DNA of 40,000 nt from Nostoc sp. 'Peltigera membranacea cyanobiont' N6 (GTDB taxonomy: Bacteria > Cyanobacteriota > Cyanobacteriia > Cyanobacteriales > Nostocaceae), in assembly GCF_002949735.1 (NCBI RefSeq), contig NZ_CP026681.1, positions 5,660,771 to 5,700,770 of the forward strand, given 5' to 3'. Under the pieces are notes generated by a model, which saw only the letters and a list, made by a program, of their open reading frames with translations, searched no databases and was not told where the DNA came from. This document shows, piece by piece, positions 8,366-16,036 of the stretch (its first letter is position 1; every line of letters starts with the position of its first letter). The translations under genes were made by a program, and so were the position numbers.

Positions 8366-9517
8366 TTAGTCCAACTTTTTCCGAATCTCTTTTGCCTTAG
8401 CTTCTAATACAGCCAATAAATCTCTCAGTTGCTCTTGCTGGATATCTTCGACCTTAGTTGCTGAGACATCTCGAATTAGAGAACTGATTTGGTGACTTGG
8501 TTTAGGTTTTGTTTCAGGAGCATGTTCAGCAATAGTTTGGGCAACTAGAAAACGAGTTTGAGCGACTGTTAGCTTTTCTTGCAAAACCTGTGATGTAGCA
8601 TCTTGTCGGATTTTAAGAGCTTTAGTTTCCTCAATTTTTAAATTTTTAGAATTTAGTTTTTGGAGTGACCGGGCATGGTTTGCACCAAGTCCTGATTCTC
8701 TAATCGCAATTTTTAAGTCTTCTGAAAGCCGTAAGCAAGGAAAGACATTTGCATCTACTGATGCTGGATTTTGTTGAAAACGTAGTAACAACAGAAGAAT
8801 ACTTTGTTCTATTTCGTCTAAATTAAATTCTTTAATGCCTTCTGACTGCTCTTTTCTAGTTAAAATAACCAATTCAGTTAATTGGGGCAACAGTTTTTTT
8901 GCGTTTAATCTAGCTATTGCTCTCCTAAGCGCTCTAACTACTTCTTCCTGTTCAAATTCCAAAGCTAACTTAGCCTGTTGAATCAAACCTTCGGCTAAAT
9001 CTAGCTCATTCAAGCCTTCTCGGTGAAGACTAGTTAATAAAGTGCGTGTATGTAATTCCTCTTCAGAAAGAACTTTCTGAAGCATCACTGCATCCAGTGT
9101 TTCAATTTCTGGCTGTAACTCTTCTGCAACGGATCTCCATCTCCGTTCTCCATCAAAAATGAGATTTCCCGGTAGTAAAATAATCGGCTGTTGTTGCCCT
9201 GACTCTCTAATGGAAACAGCCATACTCCGAATACTATCCGAAGTAAATGTTTGCCTTGCTTGTTTCGGATTGGGTCTTACTTCACTATAGTGAATTTTAA
9301 AAATTCCAGATGCTTTCAAATGTTCTCGTAGGTCTTCAATAGTTTGATTGAGGAGTGTACGTTCTTCTTCAGCAAGCTTTCCCTGTGCTTGTTCATCTTT
9401 TAATCTTGTAATCTCTGCCTGTAAATCTTCTACTCGTTCTTCAAGCTCAAATATCTGTTGTGAATCAGCAGCAGAAGCAAACATTCCAAGTACACTCGGT
9501 TTGTTTAATTTTGTCAT
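8366..9517 (-). CDS. parB: ParB-family partition protein with N-terminal coiled coil
   Basis: ParB N-domain signature VRPNPKQARQTF...SIRESGQQQPIILLPGNLIFDGERRWRS. The gene starts 3 nt after the parA stop. Confidence 0.8.
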   Translation of the reverse strand: MTKLNKPSVLGMFASAADSQQIFELEERVEDLQAEITRLKDEQAQGKLAEEERTLLNQTIEDLREHLKASGIFKIHYSEVRPNPKQARQTFTSDSIRSMAVSIRESGQQQPIILLPGNLIFDGERRWRSVAEELQPEIETLDAVMLQKVLSEEELHTRTLLTSLHREGLNELDLAEGLIQQAKLALEFEQEEVVRALRRAIARLNAKKLLPQLTELVILTRKEQSEGIKEFNLDEIEQSILLLLLRFQQNPASVDANVFPCLRLSEDLKIAIRESGLGANHARSLQKLNSKNLKIEETKALKIRQDATSQVLQEKLTVAQTRFLVAQTIAEHAPETKPKPSHQISSLIRDVSATKVEDIQQEQLRDLLAVLEAKAKEIRKKLD

Positions 9518-9520
9518 CGA

Positions 9521-10369
9521 TTAACCTCTTATTAGCTTAAGTTCTTGAACTAGTGCATCAACAATTGGCAGAAAATCTCCTCTTGCCTCTTTACCTGGTC
9601 TGTAAATTCCCAGAGGTAGCCCTCTACCAGAAGCATTAAGAATATCAGCTGATTCTCGAATTGGGCTAAAATACTGAATTCCCAAATTTTTACAGACTAG
9701 GGGAAGTTCCTCAACAATACTTCTATGCGCTCCCCAATCACTTTTCCAACGAGTAGGAACTATACCTAATATTTTTGGAGTCGGTTTCAATCTTAGCCGC
9801 TTGCAGTTGAAATAGTACCACTCAATCATCGCCGCAGCACTTTGAGAAGCCTTGTATTCAGGTTGAATGGGAATTAATACGTGACTAGAAGCTGCAAGAG
9901 CAGTCAGTGGTAAAGGCTCCAATGTTGCAGGACAATCGATAATTACAAAATCGTGAGATAAGGGGTAATCACTCAACCGATCTGCAAGAGTATAAGCTCC
10001 ACGCAGATCCTTTGAAACTTCCCGAATTGTTTCGTGTAATTCTTTTCCGCCTTTACAAACTTGAATTTTGTCAATCTTACCTTGCCAAGCTGTAACTAAA
10101 GGCCAGTTCCCATTGAAGTCTGGATGGTAAACATTAGCCATTGTTCCCTGAGTTTTAAATTCTCCCAATCCGCAAAATAATGTCAATGATTCGTTAGGAT
10201 CGATGTCTAATAGTGCCACTGAATAGCCACGAACGCCCAATTCATACGCAAGATTGTATGAAATAGTACTTTTCGCCACTCCTCCAGCGTTTGTCTCAAT
10301 CGAAAGGGTCAAATTGGCAGGCATAATCTTTTCTCTTTCTTGATTACTATATTTCCGACTCCCAGTCAT
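9521..10369 (-). CDS. parA: ParA/Soj-type partition ATPase
   Basis: Deviant Walker A NAGGVAKST and Walker B VIIDCPATLE. The true start is possibly the internal ATG at 10324 (MPANLTLSIE), because the first 17-bp operator-like repeat begins at 10370, directly abutting the annotated start. Confidence 0.85.
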   Translation of the reverse strand: MTGSRKYSNQEREKIMPANLTLSIETNAGGVAKSTISYNLAYELGVRGYSVALLDIDPNESLTLFCGLGEFKTQGTMANVYHPDFNGNWPLVTAWQGKIDKIQVCKGGKELHETIREVSKDLRGAYTLADRLSDYPLSHDFVIIDCPATLEPLPLTALAASSHVLIPIQPEYKASQSAAAMIEWYYFNCKRLRLKPTPKILGIVPTRWKSDWGAHRSIVEELPLVCKNLGIQYFSPIRESADILNASGRGLPLGIYRPGKEARGDFLPIVDALVQELKLIRG

Positions 10370-10421
10370 GAGATAACGTTATATCAGTTTAGGCGAAGAA
10401 TTTTGAGATAATGTTATATCA
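10370..10421. promoter_or_regulatory. two 17-bp direct repeats (GAGATAAYGTTATATCA) upstream of parA; candidate operator or parS
   Basis: gagataacgttatatca (10370-10386) and gagataatgttatatca (10405-10421). The first contains the 10-bp palindrome ataacgttat. Confidence 0.4.
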
Positions 10422-10554
10422 TTTTTCTGATTTCTCTAACAAGGATTGCTATCAAAACAGACTGGACTTTGGACTAAAAGGCTAGAGAAAAGCAGTCAGC
10501 AGTAACACTGACTGCCGTAAAGTCAATGAAAGTAATCGATAAATCATTGACGCG

Positions 10555-11174
10555 ATGATCCTGACACAACTAGAAAAATTCCGCCAAGCTGTCTATGATT
10601 GTTTAGGGAAGGCCAAAGATCCAGTATTTGAATTGATGAATGCAGTATTGACAAGTCCTTCTATTCCATCATTTGTAAGCTTGTCACAAAGCCCAGTATT
10701 TCGACGGCAATGGTCAAGCATTTATGCAGCACTGCATGATAGTCGTCCACCGATAATGTTGCTGATGAAGCTGCTGGTACAGGAGGTAGGGACGGATGAA
10801 CAGCCATTTCTGGCAGGAGATCATAGCTTTTGGGCACGGACAGAAGCAAAGACACTAAAAGAAAGAACTTTTCATGGGGATAGAGGGGGGAGCATAGGCA
10901 TCGGACTTTCGTTACAGTACATTAGCGAATGGGAGTTGGGCATTGCCGTTAAAACATGAACGGATAACCAGCTTTGAAACGCCCACTAATTTTAGCCGCA
11001 TTCCAACTAAAACTTGTAACCCGTGAGTTAGGAAAAAGACCACTTGCCGCTTATGACCGAGGCTACGGCAATGCCAAATTTGTCCAAGCCACGGAGGAGA
11101 TTAACGCAGACCTGTTAGTCTACGTCCTAATCTTCATGGCTATAGCTATATTGCCAAGCGATCGGCTACGGTGA
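10555..11174 (+). pseudogene. degraded, frameshifted and 3'-truncated IS4/IS701-like DDE transposase
   Basis: Two consecutive ORFs in different frames (10555..10959 and 10974..11174). The content is transposase-like (FRRQWSSIYAALHD, LAGDHSFWARTEAKTLKERTF, LAAYDRGYGNAKFVQATEE). It is far shorter than an intact DDE transposase. The family call is from memory. Confidence 0.55.
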
Positions 11175-11459
11175 AAAAATATCCCACTACCCTCAGAAGC
11201 TGCATCATAACGAAGCATTTTTACCCGCATCTTACCTGCTGGTGTATCAAATCCTCGAAACGCATCCTTCAACCGCACTTGTAACTGTTCTTTGTCTTGC
11301 ATTTCACCGGGCGGCAGCAGGATGCTCCGCTGATAACTGAGCGCGGCCGTTGTGCAGGCTGTTCGGTATCACATTTTCCCTTTAAGAGTATCTCATCGCT
11401 ACCATGCCAAAAAACGAACTAAAGGCATAAGCTTGTTAGCCCCATTCCTCCTCTAAAAA

Positions 11460-11726
11460 TTAACCCGCTCCCTCTGTCTTATCTTCTGAGGAATTCTGGG
11501 AAGAAATTTTTTTGGCGATCGCATCCAATATCGTTGATATCTGATCGGGACTATTTAAATTAACTTGATATACATTCGTAGCATGAACTTGATTACTCCC
11601 TATTACCACTTGTAACCCAGGTTCACCCAGCAGATGCTTGATTAACTTAGCTTTTCCCTCGGCATCCAAGTGATCGCAGTTTTCCATTAATTTTTCTAAA
11701 AAATCATCCTCACCCTTATTTACCAC
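11460..11726 (-). CDS. hypothetical small protein
   Basis: ORF lying 39 nt downstream of the HTH gene on the same strand. No motif recognised. Confidence 0.35.
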   Translation of the reverse strand: MVNKGEDDFLEKLMENCDHLDAEGKAKLIKHLLGEPGLQVVIGSNQVHATNVYQVNLNSPDQISTILDAIAKKISSQNSSEDKTEGAG

Positions 11727-11765
11727 AATAAGCGCCTAAGTGTATATGAAAAATTTCTCAGGCTA

Positions 11766-12119
11766 TCATACTGCTACTTGCAGGTCTGTAGTATCCGTAT
11801 TTTTTCCAGATATGGCCCCTGGTTGTAATACCCAAGCGGCAATCGCTTGTAGTATTTCAGCCTTTTCTTTAGGTGTGGCAGATTCAATTAGTTGAATAGG
11901 CGTTAACTCAACTACTCCTATTCTCGCTAGTGCTGGAATTCTACAATTTTCTGGCAGGGCATGAAGGATTTTGAAGTAATTACCAGCTTTTAGGTCGTTT
12001 TTGCCATCAAGAAACTTACTAATAGTACTCTCGTGGACACCAGCCCTAACAGAAATCTCTCTTGCTGTTAAGCAACTTTCCCTAATTGCTGTAATTAATA
12101 TTTCTTGATGTTTATCCAT
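11766..12119 (-). CDS. helix-turn-helix DNA-binding protein (XRE/Cro-like)
   Basis: HTH segment LTAREISVRAGVHESTISKFLDGK. The gene is divergent from the Rep-like gene. Confidence 0.6.
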   Translation of the reverse strand: MDKHQEILITAIRESCLTAREISVRAGVHESTISKFLDGKNDLKAGNYFKILHALPENCRIPALARIGVVELTPIQLIESATPKEKAEILQAIAAWVLQPGAISGKNTDTTDLQVAV

Positions 12120-12306
12120 ATTGCCACTACTTGCTTTTTTTCAAGTTATTGAATACTATCAAATCTGTCTAGAAAATACAATTTAGCAAAAATCACACTG
12201 GCTTAATGGTGCTGGGGTGACAGTTTTGTGAAATTTTAGCGACTTTTACAACAAACTAGCTCTATTTGCATATGCGGGTAAGGGCAAAACTCATTTTATC
12301 CATATT

Positions 12307-13107
12307 ATGACAGACACAAAGATTCAGGGGAAGTTCTACCCGCTCCAACATGAAGAATGGCTAAGAGCCTGCCGGGAACTAACCCCAGCACAGAGGGATG
12401 TACTCTACTACCTTCGCACTCTCGACCCATACAGCACCGGAATGGAAGTATCACCCTCAAGGATTGCCAAGGATTTATCTACCGCAGAAAAGCCAGTTCA
12501 CCGCAGCACTGTAGGGCGTGCCCTCAAAGCGTTGGATGAAAAGGGATTTGTCGATATGGAGCTTCTTAAGGTTAAGGTTCACGTTCTTACCAAAGGCTTG
12601 CACTGTTGCGATGAGGCAACAAGTTGTGATGAGGCAACAGGTTGTGATGAGGCAACAGGTTGTGATGAGACAACTTTGTTGCCTGACGGCAACTTAGGTG
12701 ATCATGACGCAACTTGCGCGATCGCTACGCAACTTGCGCGATCGCCACGCAACAAGCACGAGCCAGAAGTATTGCCAGATAAAGATTCCAGCACACCTAA
12801 GATTAATAAGACTTATTTAGAATTTATAGACTCTCTCTCAGAAACCGAGCGAGCGAATTTTTTGAATTTTTGTGAGGAAAAGACAAAGAATCTTAGCCAG
12901 CCAGTGAATGACATTGAGGCTTGGTTAGCTCACACCACTAAAGCTGGACAGAACCGTTGGGAAGTTTATTACAAAAAATTTGTTACGTACCAACAAGCCG
13001 AGTCCAAAAAATCTCAAAGTAGCCGTAGCAGTCAAATGAAAAAGTTTCAAGAGGAACTTGAGCAACAACGACAGCAAGCTATGTCCATGTACGGCAACAC
13101 AGTATGA
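12307..13107 (+). CDS. putative plasmid replication initiator-like winged-helix protein
   Basis: Winged-helix-like segment SRIAKDLSTAEKPVHRSTVGRALKALDEKGFV. Internal DNA repeats are present. The gene sits directly upstream of dnaB. Confidence 0.5.
   Translation: MTDTKIQGKFYPLQHEEWLRACRELTPAQRDVLYYLRTLDPYSTGMEVSPSRIAKDLSTAEKPVHRSTVGRALKALDEKGFVDMELLKVKVHVLTKGLHCCDEATSCDEATGCDEATGCDETTLLPDGNLGDHDATCAIATQLARSPRNKHEPEVLPDKDSSTPKINKTYLEFIDSLSETERANFLNFCEEKTKNLSQPVNDIEAWLAHTTKAGQNRWEVYYKKFVTYQQAESKKSQSSRSSQMKKFQEELEQQRQQAMSMYGNTV
12607..12757. repeat. iteron-like repeat block inside the Rep-like ORF (3.5 x 18 bp, then 2.5 x 20 bp, all with GCAAC cores)
   Basis: 18-bp units tgYgatgaggcaacaRgt start at 12607, 12625 and 12643, with a partial unit at 12661. 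20-bp units acgcaacttgcgcgatcgcY start at 12707 and 12727, with a partial unit at 12747. Confidence 0.85.
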
Positions 13108-13132
13108 ATCAATCTAAAATCTCAACTAGCTT

Positions 13133-14506
13133 ATGGCTGAACAACTAAGTTTTCATTCTTCAGGTAGCGATCGCCTGCCACCCCAAAATATTGAGGCGGA
13201 AGAGGCGATTTTAGGCGGTATCATGCTTGACCCAGAAGCAATAGGTAGAGTGAGCGATTCTTTGATTCCAGAAGCTTTTTACATCAGCGCTCACAAAGAT
13301 ATCTATCAAGCAGCGCTGCGCCTTCACAGCCAGGGTAAACCTACAGACTTGCTCTCTGTCACCAGTTGGCTGACTGACTATGAAATACTAGTCCGTATTG
13401 GCGGGAGAAATAAATTAGCAACTCTGGTAGACCGCACGGTGTCAGCTGTGAACATCGACGCTTTGGCAGGGTTAGTAATGGAAAAATACCTGCGGCGGCA
13501 GTTAATCAAGGCTGGCAATGAAATTGTGCATCTGGGTTACGAAACTGAAACTGAGTTACCCAAAATCCTTGACCAATCGCAACAGAAAGTATTCCAGCTT
13601 TCTAACCAAAGCTTTGGTTCAAACACCGAACACAACAGCACAATTACTATTGCAGCTTACAAGGAATTAGATTCAGGAAGCCCTATCTACTCTACAGGAC
13701 TTGATGAACTCGATAATTTAATGGTTGGATTTGAAGGCGGTACGCTCACCATAGTTGCGGGTAGACCGTCAATGGGAAAGTCCCAGATTTCGTTGCAACT
13801 AGCTCTCAAGATGATATTGCTCCACGATTTACCTGTGGCTATCTTCTCGCTGGAGATGACAAAGAAACAATTAGAGTACAGGCTGTGGAGTTTAATTAGC
13901 GTCACCAATGCCTACAAACATTTAGGATTAACGCCACTAAGGAGCGATCGCATCCGCAGACATCGAGCCAAATTTCAACCTTTAGCAGATTGGGAATTCA
14001 CGCTTATTGCCAAAATCGTTGATATTGCCTCAGAACTGCCGCTTTATATGAATGATTCAAGGGGCATCACCGTTTCACAAATTGCATCAGAATGCCGTCA
14101 AATTAAGGCCAAAGAGGGAAAACTGGGGTTAGTTGTAGTTGATTACCTGCAAATGATGGCAGAGGACTCTGGAGTCAACCGCAGCTATGAACTAGGAGAT
14201 GTGGCCAGGGGACTTTACAAAATGGCAGGGGAACTGGATGTACCCGTGTTAGCACTGTCGCAAATCTCTAGGGGAGTTGAGGGCAGACAGAATAAGCGCC
14301 CAATGATGAGCGACCTTAGCCAATCGGGAATTTTAGAAATGGTTGCAGACAATATTATTCTCGCTTACCGGGATGAGTACTACAACCCAGACACTACAGA
14401 GCAAGGAATATTAGAACTCATCATGGCTAAGGCACGACACGGCGAAACAGGCACAGCAACGGTATTTTTTGACAAGTCCTATGGAATTATCCAGAATTTG
14501 CGGTGA
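13133..14506 (+). CDS. dnaB: replicative DNA helicase DnaB
   Basis: N-terminal PPQNIEAEEAILGGIMLDPEA, Walker A GRPSMGKSQ, Walker B VVVDYLQMM and SQISRGVE. The length (457 aa) is typical. Confidence 0.95.
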   Translation: MAEQLSFHSSGSDRLPPQNIEAEEAILGGIMLDPEAIGRVSDSLIPEAFYISAHKDIYQAALRLHSQGKPTDLLSVTSWLTDYEILVRIGGRNKLATLVDRTVSAVNIDALAGLVMEKYLRRQLIKAGNEIVHLGYETETELPKILDQSQQKVFQLSNQSFGSNTEHNSTITIAAYKELDSGSPIYSTGLDELDNLMVGFEGGTLTIVAGRPSMGKSQISLQLALKMILLHDLPVAIFSLEMTKKQLEYRLWSLISVTNAYKHLGLTPLRSDRIRRHRAKFQPLADWEFTLIAKIVDIASELPLYMNDSRGITVSQIASECRQIKAKEGKLGLVVVDYLQMMAEDSGVNRSYELGDVARGLYKMAGELDVPVLALSQISRGVEGRQNKRPMMSDLSQSGILEMVADNIILAYRDEYYNPDTTEQGILELIMAKARHGETGTATVFFDKSYGIIQNLR

Positions 14507-15284
14507 TGGAATATCGGAGTCCTCAAACTCCTGTCAAAACCATCCGCCTCCTGTATCGGAACTTTTACTGGGGGGTATTGATAATAGCCCTAGTAAAAAT
14601 TTTGAAGAAGTAGGGATACCCCCCAGTAAAAATAGCCCTAGTAAAAACTCTCAACAAATAGAGATAACTCCAAGTATTGACAACCCTAGTAAAAAGCGCA
14701 GAAATTGGGGTGAGGGTAACGGCACTATTCATTGGCGCACTATTACTAGGGGTGGAAAGGACTATCCCCAGGCTTATTATCATTGGCAGGAAAAAGGGAG
14801 CAAGAAGACCAAGTACATTCCCAAGCATTTACTGGGGGATATTCAAGAAGCAGAGTTCAGGAAGCGCCCAATTATAGAAATTTTGATATTACTGGGTGTT
14901 GTGCCTAGCCCTAGTAAAAACACATTACTGGGGGATATCGAAAACAGCCCTAGTAAAAATAGACGACACAAAGAAATACCCCCCAGTAAAAATAACCCTA
15001 GTAACGATGTCGAACAGTCAGAAATATCCCCCAGTAAAAATAACCCTAGTAAAACTAGACGACACAAAGGATTAGGTAGTGGCTCCATTCAGTGGAAAAC
15101 CATCACCCTTCACGGCAAAGATTATCCCCAAGCTTGGTATCACTATGAGTTTTGGAAAGATGGCGATCGCTTGGTTAAAAAGTGCAAGTATATTCCAAAA
15201 CGATTATTAGGGAGAATAGAGAAGCTAGAAGCAAATAAAGCGCCAGTCAAAGAGATTTTGTCAATATTGCGAGTAAAATTATAG
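14469..15284 (+). CDS. PSKN-repeat protein with an internally duplicated C-terminal-type domain
   Basis: About 10 PSKN/PSK motifs. A duplicated module is present (GxGxIxWxTITxxGKDYPQAxYHxxxxxxGxxxxKxKYIPKxLLGxI). The start is uncertain, with ATGs at 14469 and 14481, and the ORF overlaps the dnaB 3' end. Confidence 0.6.
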   Translation: MTSPMELSRICGDGISESSNSCQNHPPPVSELLLGGIDNSPSKNFEEVGIPPSKNSPSKNSQQIEITPSIDNPSKKRRNWGEGNGTIHWRTITRGGKDYPQAYYHWQEKGSKKTKYIPKHLLGDIQEAEFRKRPIIEILILLGVVPSPSKNTLLGDIENSPSKNRRHKEIPPSKNNPSNDVEQSEISPSKNNPSKTRRHKGLGSGSIQWKTITLHGKDYPQAWYHYEFWKDGDRLVKKCKYIPKRLLGRIEKLEANKAPVKEILSILRVKL

Positions 15285-15646
15285 AAAAACCTCATTCTTA
15301 GAAAAGCCGCGCAAATCGTAAATATCGGCTAACTTTATTACAGGGTTACAATAATAATTATCATTTTTGCTTAATAGGATGCTGTAGTTGCGTTTGTCTG
15401 TGATCCAGGATTGCAACCTATTAATAATGAAGCTGAACCTGCCCTAAGATATGCTTTTTGTCATTGCACGGCGTATTAGCTATGGTATATGGTACGCGTA
15501 CCTCTGAAGGTAGTTTGGCTTACTGTTCTGTCTTGGGACTTTAGGAGATGATGCAGAAGTACCCTTTAAGGCAATGAAGTAGCAATCAGTACTGAAATTG
15601 CTGAATGTGGGCTTTAATTTTGTGTTGGTAGATAAAGGAATACTAA

Positions 15647-16036
15647 ATGCCTAAATGGAAACTAGTAACAGAATTTACATTTGATAGCGCCCATTACATT
15701 AAAGATTATGATGGGCCATGTGGTAGGATGCACGGGCACAGTTACAAAGTGCGAATTGAGGCAACATCATCGAAGCTACACTCTTCACAATATTGTCCCC
15801 ATCCAGTTATGGTTGCTGATTTCAAAACCTTACGCTGGGCTAAACAAGACGTTACAAAAGGCGGGCTAGATCATTGTGTTCTCAATGAGGTATTGCCTCC
15901 TGAGTATGAAACGACAGCGGAGATGATTGCCAAATACATCTATGACGTAACTAAGAAGCAAGTGCCTTCTGATGTGCAGCTAAAAGTTGCAGTATCAGAA
16001 ACCTCCAATTCTTGGGTAGAGTATGAAGATGACTAA
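15647..16036 (+). CDS. queD: 6-carboxy-5,6,7,8-tetrahydropterin synthase (QueD/PTPS family)
   Basis: EFTFDSAHYIKDYDGPCGRMHGHSYKVRIE, then LDHCVLNEV, TAEMIAKYIY and VAVSETSN. These are collinear with E. coli QueD motifs. Confidence 0.9.
   Translation: MPKWKLVTEFTFDSAHYIKDYDGPCGRMHGHSYKVRIEATSSKLHSSQYCPHPVMVADFKTLRWAKQDVTKGGLDHCVLNEVLPPEYETTAEMIAKYIYDVTKKQVPSDVQLKVAVSETSNSWVEYEDD

Noticed and set aside
8366-9517. ParB-like protein as the missing DpdB (DpdB is ParB-like)
   Set aside because: The gene starts 3 nt after a ParA ATPase gene, has a classic partition ParB N-domain, and lies 6 kb from the dpd-like genes on the opposite strand with the replication genes in between. The simplest reading is a partition protein.
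14566-15060. Repeated 13-mers CCYAGTAAAAAY that might look like a CRISPR-type array
   Set aside because: The spacing is irregular (14 to >200 nt). The repeats are far shorter than CRISPR repeats. All copies lie in one long ORF in the same frame (PSKN), and there are no cas genes.
15285-15646. Possible preQ1 riboswitch or other 7-deazapurine-sensing leader upstream of queD
   Set aside because: I could not find the preQ1-I/II hallmarks: a short P1 hairpin followed by an A-rich tail pairing over the SD. Only generic palindromes are visible (15491-15502, 15581-15602). An Infernal scan is needed before claiming anything.
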